Positions 1 to 10,060 of a stretch of DNA of 64,000 bases are shown here, in pieces. The notes under the pieces are model-generated. The model worked only from the letters and a program-made list of their open reading frames with translations. It ran no database searches and had not been told where the DNA came from. Position numbers and translations under genes: made by a program. How positions within the stretch are numbered: position 1 is the stretch's first letter; every line of letters starts with the position of its first letter. This DNA is from Candidatus Neptunichlamydia sp. (lineage in GTDB: Bacteria; Chlamydiota; Chlamydiia; Chlamydiales; Simkaniaceae), in NCBI GenBank assembly GCA_965233865.1, contig OZ247587.1:96001-160000 (forward strand), written 5' to 3'.

Positions 1-50
1 AACCCAAAAATCCCCTTCAGGAATTTAACATTCTAACTGTTAAATATTTA

Positions 51-101
51 TTGAAACAGAAATCCTTCACGGGACCAGGGGTTCGAATCCCTCCGCTTCC
101 G
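51..101 (+). pseudogene. 3' half of a tRNA-Ser(TGA)-like gene (anticodon loop to acceptor strand); att-like fragment
   Basis: TTGAAA-CAGAAATCC-TTCAC-GGGACC-AGGGG-TTCGAAT-CCCTC-CGCTTCCG gives an anticodon loop, long variable arm, T-arm and acceptor 3' strand ending in G. Upstream AT-rich sequence has no D-arm or 5' acceptor strand. Confidence 0.65.
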
Positions 102-283
102 ATTAACACAAGAAAATATAATTTTTTTCTTGATTTTCTATTGACAAATCTTTTATAAAAGAAACCTTTTGTATCGCAAGGTTGAAAGTTTGAGTGCAAG
201 GTTAATGCTTTACAAACTCTGGAGTTTTCTGGTAAACTTTGCACATTTTTTAACAAATATTCCAAATTTACGGAGGAATTAAA

Positions 284-931
284 ATGATTTATAACGCCGT
301 TCAAGGTTTTAAAAACAATCATTACCATACTCAAGAAGTAGTGGGTTCTCTTTGTGTAGCTGCATTTGTAAAACTTGGTAGCAACCACATTCAGCAAATC
401 ACCAACCTAACAGCATTTGCTTCTGCGGCGAGTGGTGCGAGTTGTGCAAGTCTTTTGGTGGCTGCTCATTCTGCACCCACTTTTTGGCCATCGGAAGATA
501 GCCCTGGGAAAAGTACTGCAAAGAAAGTTTTTTTGGTTGCTATAGGGATGTTATCTATTGCAGCTTTTCTTAAAAGAACAACAATTCTTAAAACGCGCCA
601 CATTTCATTTCCTGCTTTGAGCGAATTCGCTAAGCCTTTTGCTGCTGCAACCGCTGCAACTGTTCTCTTAACCCAAGCTGGAATCACAGGCATTAAAGTG
701 GCTAGCAAAGCTTTTACTAAGTCTGAGGATACTGAGAATAAGGGTACTGAGGATACTGAGAATAAGGGTACTGAGGATACTGAGAATAAGGGTACTGAGG
801 ATACTGAGAATAAGAGTACTGAGGGTACTGAGAGTACTGAGAATAAGGGTACTGAGGATACTGAGAATAAGAGTACTGAGGGTACTGAGAGTACTGAGAA
901 TAAGGGTACTGAGGGTACTGAGACTAAGTAA
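284..931 (+). CDS. hypothetical membrane protein with acidic C-terminal tandem repeat (TEDTENKG)n
   Basis: 215-aa ORF with GGAGG RBS, Ala-rich hydrophobic segments, a repeat tail, a downstream terminator and a paralog at 1171-1651. Confidence 0.75.
   Translation: MIYNAVQGFKNNHYHTQEVVGSLCVAAFVKLGSNHIQQITNLTAFASAASGASCASLLVAAHSAPTFWPSEDSPGKSTAKKVFLVAIGMLSIAAFLKRTTILKTRHISFPALSEFAKPFAAATAATVLLTQAGITGIKVASKAFTKSEDTENKGTEDTENKGTEDTENKGTEDTENKSTEGTESTENKGTEDTENKSTEGTESTENKGTEGTETK
723..928 (+). repeat. coding tandem repeat: 24-bp unit ACTGAGGATACTGAGAATAAGGGT and variants built from ACTGAGnnT subunits
   Basis: Directly visible; in frame; no spacers. Confidence 0.95.
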
Positions 932-971
932 GTAATTTTTTACTTACTTGTTAGCTCATTTGCTGATAGTG

Positions 972-1002
972 AAAAGGGATGCCGAAAGCCATCCCTTTTT
1001 TT
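972..1002 (+). terminator. rho-independent terminator
   Basis: AAAAGGGATG-ccgaaagc-CATCCCTTTT stem followed by a T-run. Confidence 0.8.
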
Positions 1003-1170
1003 GTCTTTATCCATTCTCCTCTAAAAGAATTACTCCATAACCGAGTTGGGGATTTTTTTACTCTATAGAGGTAAAAGCGTACGATTATTGCGCTTTCAGC
1101 GGTAGCTGTGAATACGGCCGCTAAGCTTTGCGCATAATTAAAAAAATTCCAAATATACGGAAGCATTAAA

Positions 1171-1651
1171 ATGGTTTCAATGATTTCTAATGCTATTATA
1201 CAAGACAATAAATGGCACTCTCAAGAACTAATTGGTTGCTGCACTTGTAAAACTTGGTAGCAAACACATTCAGCAAATCACGAAGCTAACAGCAGTTGCT
1301 TCTGCAGTAAATGTTGCAAGTTTTTTGATGGCTGCTAACTCTATAAATACTCTTTGTAAATCTGATAAAAGTGCTGCAAAGAGAGCTCTTGCATTTGCTA
1401 TGGGGATGTTATCTGCTGCAACTCTCCTTAGAGGAACAACAGTTCTTAAAACGCGCCACATTTCATGTCCAGCTTTGATCGAATTCGCTAAGCTTCTGGT
1501 TGTTGCAACCACTGAAACTGTTCTCCTGGCTCAGGCTGGAATTATAGCTGTTAACAAATCTGCTGCTAGTACTGCTCGGTTTGCTGTTAATACTACTGCT
1601 CTCTCAACAGCAGCAATTATGTCCTTTCTTTGGATTGATAAGACGATTTAG
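1171..1651 (+). pseudogene. frameshifted paralog of 284-931
   Basis: ATG1171 frame (MVSMISNAIIQDNKWHSQELIG) matches the paralog N-terminus. An 11-nt deletion relative to the paralog near 1237 moves the rest (AALVKLGSKHIQQIT...) into the 1232-1651 frame. Confidence 0.7.
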
Positions 1652-1669
1652 GGATCCTAGATCCTATAA

Positions 1670-2392
1670 CTAAGTCTTTCTTTTCTTGGAAACAAGGTGG
1701 AGCTTGTGTTCGAAAAACGAGTAGACTGCCACCAAACGTGAAACGAGAATAGCAATATAGAACTGACCTGCAATTCCTTCTAAGATTGCAAAGGTTTGTG
1801 CCACATCCTCCACTGCAATAATATCCCCATACCCAATACAAAGCAACGTAACAAAACTAAAGTACATGAGTTCAGAAAGATAATGGCTGTGTGTAATCAT
1901 TGTTGGATCAACATTTAAAAAATGGAATGATCCTGGGGAAACAAGGTCAATAAAGAAGTATATAAAGGAAAAGCCAATAGCTACCATAAAATATGCGCAT
2001 ACCACCCCTTTGAGAGTTTCTAAGCGTACCCGAGCGTTAATAACGACACGGTTGATAATTGATGTTGTGGTGACGAATACAAAAATGATCATAAAGACAA
2101 GAAAAATCAAAACAAAGAGCTTTTGGGGATAGAGTAAATTAATCCACTCAAAAAGAAGAGCAGGGATTGCAAGGGAGGTGGAGATCACTTTTACTTTCTT
2201 AGAATGGTCGCAATTGAAGATGGCAGAGCTAAAAACGAGAATCAGAAGAAACTCCCAGATTGTCAGATAGATAGGACCGCGGTCATAGGGGCGAAAAATA
2301 AATAGGAGGATAAGGGAGGCGAGAAGTTGGGTGAAGTAGCCACTGCAGTACTTTAGACTGCTTGAATAACAATTTTTCATCATTTTCTTCAT
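1670..2392 (-). CDS. potassium channel family protein (Ion_trans_2-like)
   Basis: Multiple TM helices and pore motif YFSFVTLLCIGYGDI. Confidence 0.85.
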   Translation of the reverse strand: MKKMMKNCYSSSLKYCSGYFTQLLASLILLFIFRPYDRGPIYLTIWEFLLILVFSSAIFNCDHSKKVKVISTSLAIPALLFEWINLLYPQKLFVLIFLVFMIIFVFVTTTSIINRVVINARVRLETLKGVVCAYFMVAIGFSFIYFFIDLVSPGSFHFLNVDPTMITHSHYLSELMYFSFVTLLCIGYGDIIAVEDVAQTFAILEGIAGQFYIAILVSRLVAVYSFFEHKLHLVSKKRKT

Positions 2393-2714
2393 ACACCCCT
2401 ATATCTTAGATTAAATGCTTTGGGTCAAGGGAGAAATTTCCCCTCTTGAAATGGAAATTTTTATAAGGTAGTTTCAAAATAGGGAACGAATAAAAGTGGG
2501 GGAGAACTTTCATGTCTACTGAGCGTCAGTAAACGCCGTTTAATGATCCATATCCAAATGAGGTACTTATTATTCCTAGAGCCAAAGAAATTAGAGGAAA
2601 GATCTAATTTCATACTCAAGAGCTTATGCAGGCATCGACAGACTTTGCCAATGGCCATGGAAAGATTGAAATGGTTTATGAATGCCTATAATTTTTGCGA
2701 GATGAACTAAAGTT

Positions 2715-2963
2715 ATGAATCCAAAAAAGCAATTAATTCATGACCTTCAAATTTTTCTCTGGCGATTCGAGCAAGGAGGTTACACCCGTGAAACAATGTT
2801 AGAGATCCTTACGAAGTTTGAAAGTGTGCTTGAAAATGATGGGGAGGAATTAGGAGAGCCCATCCAAAGACATGTTGAGAACATGATTCGCGACTGTCGT
2901 GCTTATGCTTTTGGCGGAGGGGATCAAAAAAAGGTGGTCTCTGACTTTAATAAATTAAGATAG
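2715..2963 (+). CDS. hypothetical protein
   Basis: 82-aa ATG ORF, protein-like composition, co-oriented with the next ORF. Confidence 0.6.
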   Translation: MNPKKQLIHDLQIFLWRFEQGGYTRETMLEILTKFESVLENDGEELGEPIQRHVENMIRDCRAYAFGGGDQKKVVSDFNKLR

Positions 2964-2978
2964 GACTTGGAGTAATTT

Positions 2979-3266
2979 ATGTTCGATGATGGAATGGAAG
3001 AGGAAGATCCCAAAGAATTTCTTAAAGGAGAAATCCAAGAATTTCTCAGTGAGTTTGAGCTAACTGAAGAGAGTGAAGATGATATGAAAACGATTCTTCC
3101 TCTTTGGAGAGATGAACTTCTTAATCATGCACATGAAGTTGGCGGACTCACACACTCAAAAATTAAGATGCTCATGAATGTATGCGAAGACTACGCAAGT
3201 AATCGTGGAATGATTGAGCGTGTTCGCCAAGAAGCGGAAGAAATTCGTATTCAACTCAACATCTAA
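2979..3266 (+). CDS. hypothetical acidic protein
   Basis: 95-aa ORF with GGAG RBS. Confidence 0.7.
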   Translation: MFDDGMEEEDPKEFLKGEIQEFLSEFELTEESEDDMKTILPLWRDELLNHAHEVGGLTHSKIKMLMNVCEDYASNRGMIERVRQEAEEIRIQLNI

Positions 3267-3427
3267 CCGGTTTTGCTAAAAATCTCAAATCCATAGGGAG
3301 TGTATGGGGGTGAATGAACGGCGTTGTTTAGGTGCAGCTCTTGTTAACCAATAAGTGGTTGGTATGGATTTTCAAACCCAATTTTCCATAAAAATCTTTG
3401 CTCTTATTAATAAAAAGTATTTACGGA

Positions 3428-3546
3428 TATAGTGGTTTAAGTTTAAATTGATATAAATGAGGAGGCTGTTTTTTATAGGCATTAAAGATGAAAATGGATG
3501 TCGGAAGGGCGACTTAGCTTTATCAATTTAAACTTAAACCACTATA
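3428..3546. mobile_element. MITE (119 bp) with perfect 26-bp terminal inverted repeats
   Basis: TATAGTGGTTTAAGTTTAAATTGATA at 3428-3453 and its exact reverse complement at 3521-3546; TA ends; no ORF. Confidence 0.85.
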
Positions 3547-3558
3547 AAATGCGTTTCT

Positions 3559-4128
3559 ATGGGATTTTTTGTAAACAACATCTATGGAGGCAGACAACCT
3601 TATCGCGTTCAAGAGGTTCAGAAAGATAAGCCCGATGATCAGGGATCAAAAGGGCAATATTTCGGTCAAAATCAAGAGGAGGATCCTCATCGGAAATTCC
3701 TAAAAGCAAGTGAGAAACTCTACAAGAAAAAATCCGTTGTTCTTGCTAGAGAAATCATGAGCAAACAGATGATACATCTTGAGGGAGAGCTTTTAGCTAA
3801 GGAAGCTTGGGAGGAAATCAAGCATCATGAGATCAAGTATTTTCCTATTTTGGATGAGGGAGGAAAACTACTCGGAATACTCTCTGAGAGGGATATTTTG
3901 AAAGGAATACAAGAAGGGGATCGAAAAAAGCTTAAAGATCTGACTGCTGAACACACCCTATGTGCGGAACCTGAAACAGAGCTTGCAGATATCATGAAGG
4001 TTTTTTCGGATCAAGCTGTTGAGGTGGTTCCTGTCATTGATAAAAAACACAATATTGTTGGAATACTAACTCAAAACGAACTTTTGCAAACCATGTTGAA
4101 AATATCGAACTTGAAATGGAACATTTAG
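3559..4128 (+). CDS. CBS domain-containing protein
   Basis: Tandem CBS motifs (AREIMS...FPILDEGGKLLGILSERDI; VPVIDKKHNIVGILTQNEL). Confidence 0.85.
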   Translation: MGFFVNNIYGGRQPYRVQEVQKDKPDDQGSKGQYFGQNQEEDPHRKFLKASEKLYKKKSVVLAREIMSKQMIHLEGELLAKEAWEEIKHHEIKYFPILDEGGKLLGILSERDILKGIQEGDRKKLKDLTAEHTLCAEPETELADIMKVFSDQAVEVVPVIDKKHNIVGILTQNELLQTMLKISNLKWNI

Positions 4129-4997
4129 ACAAACTCGAAAGCCAAAGTATCTTTATTATACGGGAAGCTTACCATCACATTTCCAACTTAGCGATGTTGT
4201 GGTCGGTTGGAAAAGATAGCACGGTTCTCGTAAAGCTTTGCCAAAAAGCATTCTTCGGTCACATCCCTATTCCTCTTGTTCATATCGATACAGGGTTTAA
4301 AATTCCTGAAATGATAGCCTACCGTGACAAACTTGCCATGGAGTGGGGATTGCAAATGATCTATGGTCAGAATAAAGAAGCTTTGGAGAAACAAGAGACG
4401 TTTCCCCATGGGAAAGTTGGGTGTATTGAGTGTTGCAAGGCATTAAAAACAGAGGCACTGCGTCGTACGATTGAAGGGAGCGGTGTTCGTTACAAGATGA
4501 ATCTTAGGAGCGGGGAGTACGAAGTTGACTCTAATCGGGAGCCCTACGGAGGACTCATTGTTGGTATCCGAGCGGATGAAGAGGGAAGTCGTTCCAAGGA
4601 ACGCATCTTTTCTCTTCGTGGAACTTCCAATAATTGGGAAATTGCTGATCAGCCACCAGAGTTTTGGGGACAATTCAATACAGACTTTCCTCCAAAATCT
4701 CATGTGCGGGTTCATCCTCTTCTTGACTGGACGGAAGTCGATATTTGGCGCTATATAGAAAGAGAAGAAATTCCCATTGTAGATCTTTACTTCAATCGAG
4801 GAGAGGGAAAAAGATACCGTTCATTAGGATGTGGTCCTTGCACTAAACCGATTAATTCTGAGGCTACAGACCTGCGCTCAGTGATTCAGGAGCTTGAACA
4901 GGGAAAACTAAAGAATATTGCAGAACGAGGTGGGCGGGCTCAAGATAAAGAAGACCGAGGAGGGTTGGAACAGCTGAGGCGGGGAGGATACATGTGA
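4116..4997 (+). CDS. cysD: sulfate adenylyltransferase subunit 2
   Basis: [20 protein letters not shown]-loop, [24 protein letters not shown]. Confidence 0.95.
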   Translation: MEHLDKLESQSIFIIREAYHHISNLAMLWSVGKDSTVLVKLCQKAFFGHIPIPLVHIDTGFKIPEMIAYRDKLAMEWGLQMIYGQNKEALEKQETFPHGKVGCIECCKALKTEALRRTIEGSGVRYKMNLRSGEYEVDSNREPYGGLIVGIRADEEGSRSKERIFSLRGTSNNWEIADQPPEFWGQFNTDFPPKSHVRVHPLLDWTEVDIWRYIEREEIPIVDLYFNRGEGKRYRSLGCGPCTKPINSEATDLRSVIQELEQGKLKNIAERGGRAQDKEDRGGLEQLRRGGYM

Positions 4998-6553
4998 TGA
5001 TGCCTCTTGTGATTGTGGGTCATGTAGACCACGGGAAAAGTACTATATTAGGACATCTTTTAGCAGATAGTGGAGCCCTTCCAGATGGAAAGTTAGAGGC
5101 AGTGAAAAATTATTGCTCGCGCAATAGCAAGCCCTTTGAATATGCATTTCTTCTAGATGCTCTTAGAGAAGAGCAATCTCAAGGGATTACGGTAGATACA
5201 GCACGGTGCTTTTTTGAGACAATAAAACGTCCTTATATTGTGCTCGATGCCCCAGGTCATGTCGAATTCATTCGAAATATGGTGACGGGGGCATCTCATG
5301 CCGATGGAGCTTTAATTGTTGTTGATGCAAAAGAAGGAGTGCAAGAAAATACGAAGCGTCATGGGTATTTTCTCTCTCTGCTTGGAGTGAAGCAAGTTGC
5401 TGTTTTGGTCAACAAGATGGATCAGGTTGGTTATAAAAAGGAAGCTTTTGAGAAAATTAAAAGGGATTACACTAACTTTTTAGGCGAGGTTGGAATAGTA
5501 CCTCGCGAAGTGATTCCGGTTAGTGGTTTTTATGGGGCCAATATTGCAAAGCGCTCATCGGGAATGGGGTGGTATGCGGGACCTACTCTCCTTGAGGCTA
5601 TTGATCTATTTGAAGGAGTCCAAGGCTCAACTACAGTTCCCTTTCGTTTTCCGGTTCAAGGGGTTTATAAATTCACCGAAAAAGAAGACGAAAGATGCAT
5701 TATTGCAGGAAGGATTGAGACAGGAATGGTTCGTGTTGGTGAAAGGGTCACATTTTCACCTTCTGGGCAAACAAGCATAGTCTGTTCTATCGAAGGAAAA
5801 GGAGAAGCGGGATATTCCACAGGGATTACTCTTAAGGACCCTCTTTATATAACCCGTGGTGAAATTGCTTCAAAGGAGTCAATCCCTCGAGTGGCAGAGA
5901 AACTTTTAGTGCGCCTCTTCTGGCTTGATAAAGAAAGTGTCAGGGAAGGGAATCACTATCTGTTCAAGTTAGGGACTCAGAAAGTAGGGTGCACTGTTTC
6001 TGAAATTCGAAAAGTGTTTGATTCTGTGACTCTTGGGGAAAAGGATAAAAGGTTTATTGAAAGACATGAGGTGGGAGAAGTTGTTCTTGATTTAGGGGAA
6101 AAAATTGCTTGCGATCTATCGAATGAGGTTGTTGAAACCTCTAGGTTTGTCCTTGCCCATCAATACCGGCAGTCTGGTGGTGGACTTGTTGAGAAGGTTC
6201 TTTCAAAATATGAGAAAGACGAGATTTCGACAATCACGATGGGAATGCGGGCAAAACAACAGGGGCATCGGGGTAAAATATTTTTTCTTTATGGGGGTGA
6301 TCAAAAAAAACTTATCGGTTGGAGTCAAAAAATTGAAAAGGCTTTGTTCAAAAGAGGTGTTTTGGTGTATACCTCGCTCTTTGAGCCACATGTAAAAGAA
6401 GCCTATTCCATGGCTGAAAGAGTGGGTGTAGTTCTCTTGCTTGTTGGAGATCACGTAGGAATGGAGCTTGACTCTTCTTGTTGTATTTCTTTTACTGGGA
6501 TAGACGATGCAGAGCGCTCAGCTGATAAAATTTTGGATCTATTAAATGAATAA
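4994..6553 (+). CDS. cysN: sulfate adenylyltransferase subunit 1 (GTPase) with degenerate C-terminal APS-kinase-like domain
   Basis: [24 protein letters not shown] motifs; follows cysD. Confidence 0.92.
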   Translation: MMMPLVIVGHVDHGKSTILGHLLADSGALPDGKLEAVKNYCSRNSKPFEYAFLLDALREEQSQGITVDTARCFFETIKRPYIVLDAPGHVEFIRNMVTGASHADGALIVVDAKEGVQENTKRHGYFLSLLGVKQVAVLVNKMDQVGYKKEAFEKIKRDYTNFLGEVGIVPREVIPVSGFYGANIAKRSSGMGWYAGPTLLEAIDLFEGVQGSTTVPFRFPVQGVYKFTEKEDERCIIAGRIETGMVRVGERVTFSPSGQTSIVCSIEGKGEAGYSTGITLKDPLYITRGEIASKESIPRVAEKLLVRLFWLDKESVREGNHYLFKLGTQKVGCTVSEIRKVFDSVTLGEKDKRFIERHEVGEVVLDLGEKIACDLSNEVVETSRFVLAHQYRQSGGGLVEKVLSKYEKDEISTITMGMRAKQQGHRGKIFFLYGGDQKKLIGWSQKIEKALFKRGVLVYTSLFEPHVKEAYSMAERVGVVLLLVGDHVGMELDSSCCISFTGIDDAERSADKILDLLNE

Positions 6554-7754
6554 TACCGAGAAACCCTCATTTTTTTCTTTTCTTCCTTTCTTAACACTGA
6601 TTACTTTCGCCTCATTTTTAAATATCATGGCACGTATCATCTTTCCTCCAATGACACCTTTTATATGTGAGGAGATGAATCTTTGCCATGCAGATACAGG
6701 GAACCTCTTTTTTATCCTTTCTGTAGGGTTTGCAATCACCCTGTTTGGGTCTCAATTTCTTTCTTCGCGTATCAGCCATAAGATGACGGTTATTTTTTCT
6801 TTGTTATTAACAGGATTTGCTCTTGTCGTTACTTCCTATGCTGAATCCTTTCAGTTCTTTCGCCTTTCTCTCTTTCTAGTGGGGCTATGCTCCGGTTTTT
6901 TTATTCCTTCTGCGGTTGCAATGCTTCGGGAAGAGGTTGCAACACAGCATTTAGGGAAAGCATTTGGGATTTTTGCGACGGCGCAGAGTATTGCTTTTAT
7001 CCTGTCTCCGATCATTGTGCGAAGCGTGATTGGGGTCTATTCTTGGAAAGAAATATTAAATGGCTTTGGGCTGATTTCGAGCATTATCAGCGTCATCTTA
7101 TTTTTCCTATTTAAGCAGGGAAATGAAAAAGGAGAACCGATCACAATTCCCTTTGTTCGGAGTGTCTTTTCGTGGCCGTCTTTTTGGATCTTACTTATTC
7201 TCTTGTGCCTTGCAAATGGTCTCAATGTTGGAATTTACAATATGGCGCCAGACTATTTTCAGCGCCATAACTTGCTCGATAAAGATGCGGTTCATCAGCT
7301 CATTGTGATTGCTCGTGTCCTTAGCTTTGGGACGGCGATTATTGCTGGAGTGATGGCCGACCGTTTTGGACTGAAGCATTCAATGGTTCTCTCGCTAATT
7401 TTCTGCGGGGTTCTAACCTCTTTAATGGGGACGATGAACCCTTCTAGCTCACTTGTTTTGTTTACCCTTCAGTCTCCTGTTGCGGCTTGTTTAATGCCCC
7501 TTATTCACTTTGCCATTGCCACGATCGTTTCCCCAGAGAAAAATTCTACAATCGTATCACTTATTGCTCCTTTTGGTTTTTTGATGGGCGCTGGAGTTGT
7601 TCCTCAGATTCTTGGGTTTTTAGGAGACTTCAACCTCTATGCTCAAGGGTTTATTTTGTTTGGAATGTCTTCAGTCTTCTGTGGAGCTATTTTTAGCTTG
7701 AGCCGAGTTTATAAGCACATTGAATTCAGCCAAGTTAAAAGCTTGGAGTCATAA
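6546..7754 (+). CDS. MFS transporter
   Basis: About 12 TM segments; [10 protein letters not shown] motif. Confidence 0.88.
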   Translation: MNNTEKPSFFSFLPFLTLITFASFLNIMARIIFPPMTPFICEEMNLCHADTGNLFFILSVGFAITLFGSQFLSSRISHKMTVIFSLLLTGFALVVTSYAESFQFFRLSLFLVGLCSGFFIPSAVAMLREEVATQHLGKAFGIFATAQSIAFILSPIIVRSVIGVYSWKEILNGFGLISSIISVILFFLFKQGNEKGEPITIPFVRSVFSWPSFWILLILLCLANGLNVGIYNMAPDYFQRHNLLDKDAVHQLIVIARVLSFGTAIIAGVMADRFGLKHSMVLSLIFCGVLTSLMGTMNPSSSLVLFTLQSPVAACLMPLIHFAIATIVSPEKNSTIVSLIAPFGFLMGAGVVPQILGFLGDFNLYAQGFILFGMSSVFCGAIFSLSRVYKHIEFSQVKSLES

Positions 7755-8782
7755 TGGCAACAGGAGTCTTATTAGTGAATCTAGGGACTCCCAACTCCCC
7801 TAGCCCAAAAGATGTCAAACGGTATTTAATTGAATTTCTAACGGATAGTCGAGTAATTGACCTTCCTCCCGTTCGGAGAAATTTGCTCATTCGGGGAATC
7901 ATCATTCCAAAGCGCTATAAAAAGTCAGCGGCTCTCTACCAGTCAATTTGGGAGAAGGAAGGATCTCCTCTTCTTGTGCATGGAAAAAAGGTTGAGGGTC
8001 TTCTTCAAAAGAAGCTAAGAGAAGGTTACAGGGTTAAACTTGCCATGCGGTATCAAAACCCTTCGATTGAGGAAGGGTTAAAAACGCTAAAGGGCTGCCA
8101 GAAGCTTATCATTTTTCCGATGTTTCCACAGTATGCCTCCGCAACGACTGGTTCTGTTCATCAAAAGGTTTTTGAAATTCTTTCAAAATGGGCAACCATT
8201 CCTGAAGTGCATTTTATCTCCCATTATCCCAATCACCCAGACCTGATTGAGGCTTTTGCAAAGAGAGGGGAGGAGCGTGACTTGGGAAGTTATGATCATT
8301 TTGTTTTCAGTTACCACGGTCTCCCTCAGAGCCAGGTCTTAAAGGGAGATCAAAAAGGTATTTGCCTTAAAGAGAAAGACTGTTGTCAAAGTAACCCAAC
8401 CTGCTATGCCTCCCAGTGTTTTGCGACAACAAGGGAAATTACCAAGAAATTAGGGATTCCATCTGGGATGTGGAGTCATACCTACCAGTCCCGTCTGGGA
8501 AAAAGCCCTTGGATCGAACCCTATACCGATGTTGTTTTGCGAAACTTAGCGATTAAAAAGAAGAAGAGGGTACTCATTTTTTGCCCCTCCTTTGTTGCCG
8601 ACTGTCTGGAAACCCTTGAAGAAATCGGATCTCAGTACAAGCAAGAGTTTCAAAACAGTGGTGGAGAAACTCTGGATCTTGTTAAAGGGTTAAATGACCA
8701 CCCAAAGTGGATAGAAACAATAGAGTCACTGATTCATGATAACACCAGCAGAGCCTCATTCAGATCATCGTCTGAGTACTAA
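7754..8782 (+). CDS. hemH: ferrochelatase
   Basis: GVLLVNLGTP, AMRY, PQYASATTGS, FSYHGLP, YQSRLG, FVADCLETLEEI. Confidence 0.96.
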   Translation: MATGVLLVNLGTPNSPSPKDVKRYLIEFLTDSRVIDLPPVRRNLLIRGIIIPKRYKKSAALYQSIWEKEGSPLLVHGKKVEGLLQKKLREGYRVKLAMRYQNPSIEEGLKTLKGCQKLIIFPMFPQYASATTGSVHQKVFEILSKWATIPEVHFISHYPNHPDLIEAFAKRGEERDLGSYDHFVFSYHGLPQSQVLKGDQKGICLKEKDCCQSNPTCYASQCFATTREITKKLGIPSGMWSHTYQSRLGKSPWIEPYTDVVLRNLAIKKKKRVLIFCPSFVADCLETLEEIGSQYKQEFQNSGGETLDLVKGLNDHPKWIETIESLIHDNTSRASFRSSSEY

Positions 8783-9956
8783 AAAACCATTATTACTGAC
8801 CTTAATCGTGTTGATTTCTTACGGGTCCATTGGAACAGCTCTATTTACGCCAGCGATCCCTGCAGTGATGGATCGCTTTCAAGTTAGCGCGGGAGTTTCG
8901 CAGCTTACAATCATGCTTTTTCTTTTAGGCTATTCCATTGGCCAACTTATGTATAGCCCTGTTGCTAAGCGATTTGGTAGAAAACCTGCCTTATATCTCG
9001 GAATTATTATTTCCCTAGTTGGGAACATTCTCTGCATGATTTCGGGACCTACTGATAATTTAACATTGCTCCTAGTTGCTCGTTTCATAACCGCTTTAGG
9101 ATCGAGTGTGGGTTTAAGTTTAACATTCATGATTATCAGCGATTATTACCATGAATCCCATGCTAGAAAAGTGACAGCCTATACCATGCTTGCTTTTGCC
9201 GTTATCCCTGGGGTAGGAATTGCAATTGGAGGATTTTTAGTCGCATATTTGGGGTGGCTTAGCTGTTTTTATTTCCTATTTGTCTATGGAGTTTTTGCGC
9301 TTTTTTTAGTCTTCCGTTTAGAGGAAACTTCTATAGAAAAGGAAAGTGATGCATTTAAACTGAAAAAAGTTCTGAAAGGTTATTTGCGTGATTTTAAGAA
9401 CCCCATGCTTTCTCTTTACTCTATTATGATTGGAACGACGACGGCGTTTATCTATGCTTTTGCTGCGACGGCTCCTGTCATTGGAATTCGAATGATGAGG
9501 CTTTCGGCAGACGTATATGGGATTTATAACCTTATTCCCTCTGCTGGATATTTCTTAGGAAATTTTTTAGCAGCGCGGCTATCGTCTCATTCTAAGATCA
9601 AAACGGTTCTTAAGCTAGGAATTACCATAATGGGAATTGGGATTCTTATTTTTAGCATTCTTATGCTTGGAGGGTGGAGAACTCCTCTGACTCTTTTTCT
9701 TCCCACTTTCTTGATCTATTTTGGAAGCCCACTTTTCTATTCGAATGCGGCGGTCCTTGCAACATTCAGAGTTCCCGATAAGCCTAATGCTTCTTCTATT
9801 ATGAGTTTTATCAATATTGGGTGTGCGGTCTTGGGATTGGTCATCATTGAGGCTCTTCATAGCGACCCTATGATTACCCTTCCTCTACTGTTTATTGCTG
9901 GGTTTATTTTCATGCTTGTTCTCTTTTGTCGTGGACAAAAGTTTATAGAAGTTTGA
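8736..9956 (+). CDS. Bcr/CflA-family (DHA1) MFS transporter
   Basis: GQLMYSPVAKRFGRKP motif; 12 TM. Confidence 0.88.
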   Translation: MITPAEPHSDHRLSTKKPLLLTLIVLISYGSIGTALFTPAIPAVMDRFQVSAGVSQLTIMLFLLGYSIGQLMYSPVAKRFGRKPALYLGIIISLVGNILCMISGPTDNLTLLLVARFITALGSSVGLSLTFMIISDYYHESHARKVTAYTMLAFAVIPGVGIAIGGFLVAYLGWLSCFYFLFVYGVFALFLVFRLEETSIEKESDAFKLKKVLKGYLRDFKNPMLSLYSIMIGTTTAFIYAFAATAPVIGIRMMRLSADVYGIYNLIPSAGYFLGNFLAARLSSHSKIKTVLKLGITIMGIGILIFSILMLGGWRTPLTLFLPTFLIYFGSPLFYSNAAVLATFRVPDKPNASSIMSFINIGCAVLGLVIIEALHSDPMITLPLLFIAGFIFMLVLFCRGQKFIEV

Positions 9957-10060
9957 TAAATAGTAAAGTGCACCCCCTTGTTAAGGCAGTTTTTTTGCCA
10001 TTTTTTAGGAGACTTTGCTTATCGCCGATTTGTTCATTTATTGGGATAGGTTTATAGGTG

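Noticed and set aside
141..170. TTGACA promoter
   Set aside because: No -10 element at 16-18 nt spacing
17..397. 126-aa minus-strand ORF
   Set aside because: Antisense to the tRNA fragment (GGIRTP artefact) and overlaps a better gene
723..928. CRISPR array
   Set aside because: Repeats are contiguous, in frame and without unique spacers; no cas genes are present
2461..2711. short ORFs or decayed gene between the channel and 2715
   Set aside because: No recognisable motif or consistent frame
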